Origin: an uncultured Gammaproteobacteria bacterium
GTDB taxonomy: Bacteria > Pseudomonadota > Gammaproteobacteria > SZUA-229
Assembly: GCA_965368175.1 (NCBI GenBank)
Contig: CBDULX010000001.1
Location: forward strand, 1 to 46,512
Reading direction: 5' to 3'
Length of the DNA stretch: 46,512 bases
In this document: positions 45,097 to 46,512 of the stretch, piece after piece
Layout of the letters: each line of letters begins with the position of its first letter
Position numbering within the stretch: position 1 is the first letter of the stretch
The notes under the pieces: model-generated
The model's database searches: none
What the model saw: the letters and a program-made list of their open reading frames with translations, nothing else
Told to the model about the DNA's origin: nothing
Program-made: the position numbers and the translations under genes

Positions 45097-45771
45097 ATGA
45101 TGGACATTAATCCATACAGCGGTATTTCTGGAATTACTACGTCTTCAGCAGCTAACAGTGCTGAGGACCGTACTGAACTTGGACAGGATGAATTCCTGGA
45201 ACTGATGACGACTCAATTAACTAACCAGGATCCGTTTGAGCCTATGGACAACGGTGAGTTCCTGTCTCAGATCGCTCAGTTTGGCACCGTCAACGGCGTC
45301 AACGAACTGCTGGATTCATTTGAAAATCTGGCAGCCAGTTTACAATCCAGCCAGGCATTACAGGCTTCCAATCTGATCGGTCGTCATGTGCTGGTGGATT
45401 CTGATCAGGGCTATCTGCCACAGGATGGATTTTTATACGGTGCGGCTGAACTGGATGGCAGTGCAGAAAATGTCATCGTTAACATTCACGATACCACCGG
45501 TGCTCTGGTCGGACAGGTGGATCTGGGAAGACAGTCGTCAGGACAGGTTCAGTTTGGCTGGGATGGCACTATGCTGGATGGACTGAAAGCACCGGCGGGG
45601 CGATATCGTATTTCTATAGAAGCCACCAATGGTGACAGTTCAGATTCACTGGCGCCACAGGTACTGGCACAGGTTGTAAGTCTAACTCTGGCAGGTCCAG
45701 GTCAGGAAATGCAGGTTGAACTGTCTAATCTGGGGCAGGTGGATTTCAGTCAGGTTAATCAAATACTTTAA
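45097..45771 (+). CDS. flgD: flagellar hook assembly/capping protein FlgD
   Basis: 224 aa. Contains FLELMTTQLTNQDPFEPMDNGEFLSQIAQF. Confidence 0.92.
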   Translation: MMDINPYSGISGITTSSAANSAEDRTELGQDEFLELMTTQLTNQDPFEPMDNGEFLSQIAQFGTVNGVNELLDSFENLAASLQSSQALQASNLIGRHVLVDSDQGYLPQDGFLYGAAELDGSAENVIVNIHDTTGALVGQVDLGRQSSGQVQFGWDGTMLDGLKAPAGRYRISIEATNGDSSDSLAPQVLAQVVSLTLAGPGQEMQVELSNLGQVDFSQVNQIL

Positions 45772-45794
45772 GCTCAGGTTCGAGGAGATAACAC

Positions 45795-46512
45795 ATGTCA
45801 TTTAATATTGCACTAAGTGGGTTAAACGCAGCATCATCGGATCTGGCGGTAACCAGTAACAATATTGCTAATGTTGGTACTACCGGGTTTAAGGAATCAC
45901 GAGCCGAGTTTGCCGATATTTACGCCGCTTCACCACTGGGTACTACTGCCAATGCAATTGGTGGTGGGGTCGCTCTGTCCAGTGTGTCGCAACAGTTTGG
46001 TCAGGGTAATCTGGAATTTACCGAAAACACGCTGGATATAGCAGTGAGTGGTGATGGCTTTTTCATCATGCGTCAGAACCAGTCCAGCAACGATTTAACC
46101 TTCACCCGTGCCGGCGCCTTTCAGGTCGACCAGAATGGTTTTATAGTGAACAGTGCCGGTCAGTTAATGCAGGTGTTCCCGGTGGATGCCACAGGCGCTA
46201 CCACGACCACCAGTTTAACTGGCACGGTGCCTTTGCAGGTGCCCAATACTCTTGGTCCTCCACAGGCGACCACTACGGTCAAGCTGAATTTAAATTTTCC
46301 CTCAGCCATTTCACCGGCCATAGATGTGAATAATACCTATCCTGCAGCGCCAACTTTTGGTCCAGCACCGTTGGGGACTCTAGACTCCGAGCTGGAAATT
46401 AATCCGGCCAATATCGATCCGTCCACCTATCATCATTCAACCTCAGCTACGGTGTTTGATTCCCAGGGTAATTCTCACATCATGACCATGTATTACGTGA
46501 TGGTGGATGATA
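45795..46512 (+). CDS. flgE: flagellar hook protein FlgE, partial (runs off the right edge)
   Basis: Not in the track because it is open at the window end. My translation from the ATG at 45795 (SD GAGGAG upstream) gives MSFNIALSGLNAASSDLAVTSNNIANVGTTGFKESRAEFADIY..., with no stop to 46512. Confidence 0.9.
   Translation, partial: MSFNIALSGLNAASSDLAVTSNNIANVGTTGFKESRAEFADIYAASPLGTTANAIGGGVALSSVSQQFGQGNLEFTENTLDIAVSGDGFFIMRQNQSSNDLTFTRAGAFQVDQNGFIVNSAGQLMQVFPVDATGATTTTSLTGTVPLQVPNTLGPPQATTTVKLNLNFPSAISPAIDVNNTYPAAPTFGPAPLGTLDSELEINPANIDPSTYHHSTSATVFDSQGNSHIMTMYYVMVDD

Overview
This is a gammaproteobacterial chromosome segment, mid-40s %GC by eye, and most of it is conserved housekeeping synteny. 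In order it holds acs (open at the left edge), gluQ-dksA, xseA | guaB-guaA, tadA, a cNMP-binding protein, a DUF3025 protein, a HAD phosphatase, a CDGSH Fe-S protein, a Xi-type GST and a GGDEF-EAL protein. Next come M48 protease-cytochrome c-rsgA | orn, a rhodanese, and nadB | rpoE-rseABC-HtrA protease-grx-like-lepA-lepB-DUF4845-rnc-era-recO. The window ends with a flagellar/chemotaxis cluster, flgN-flgM-flgA-(soluble MCP) | cheV-cheR-flgB-flgC-flgD-flgE (open at the right edge). I saw no rRNA, tRNA or CRISPR.

The one clearly accessory region is a ~6.9-kb insertion between guaA and tadA (9104-16000). It is bounded by 232-bp direct repeats (8872-9103 and 16001-16232) whose only 7 differences are synonymous third-codon changes. 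It carries an SNF2-family ATPase, a SWIM zinc-finger protein fused to a C-terminal XRE-type HTH, and a much more GC-rich hipBA toxin-antitoxin cassette. It encodes no integrase, recombinase or transposase. A decayed second guaA 3'-end junction inside it (13309-13494) suggests two elements accreted in tandem.

The SNF2 + SWIM-HTH pair is my best candidate for an uncharacterised system, possibly defence or anti-mobile-element, but that role is inference only. Intergenic space is also colonised by several palindromic or MITE-like repeat families. One of these supplies the last codons and stop of rnc and separates rnc from era.
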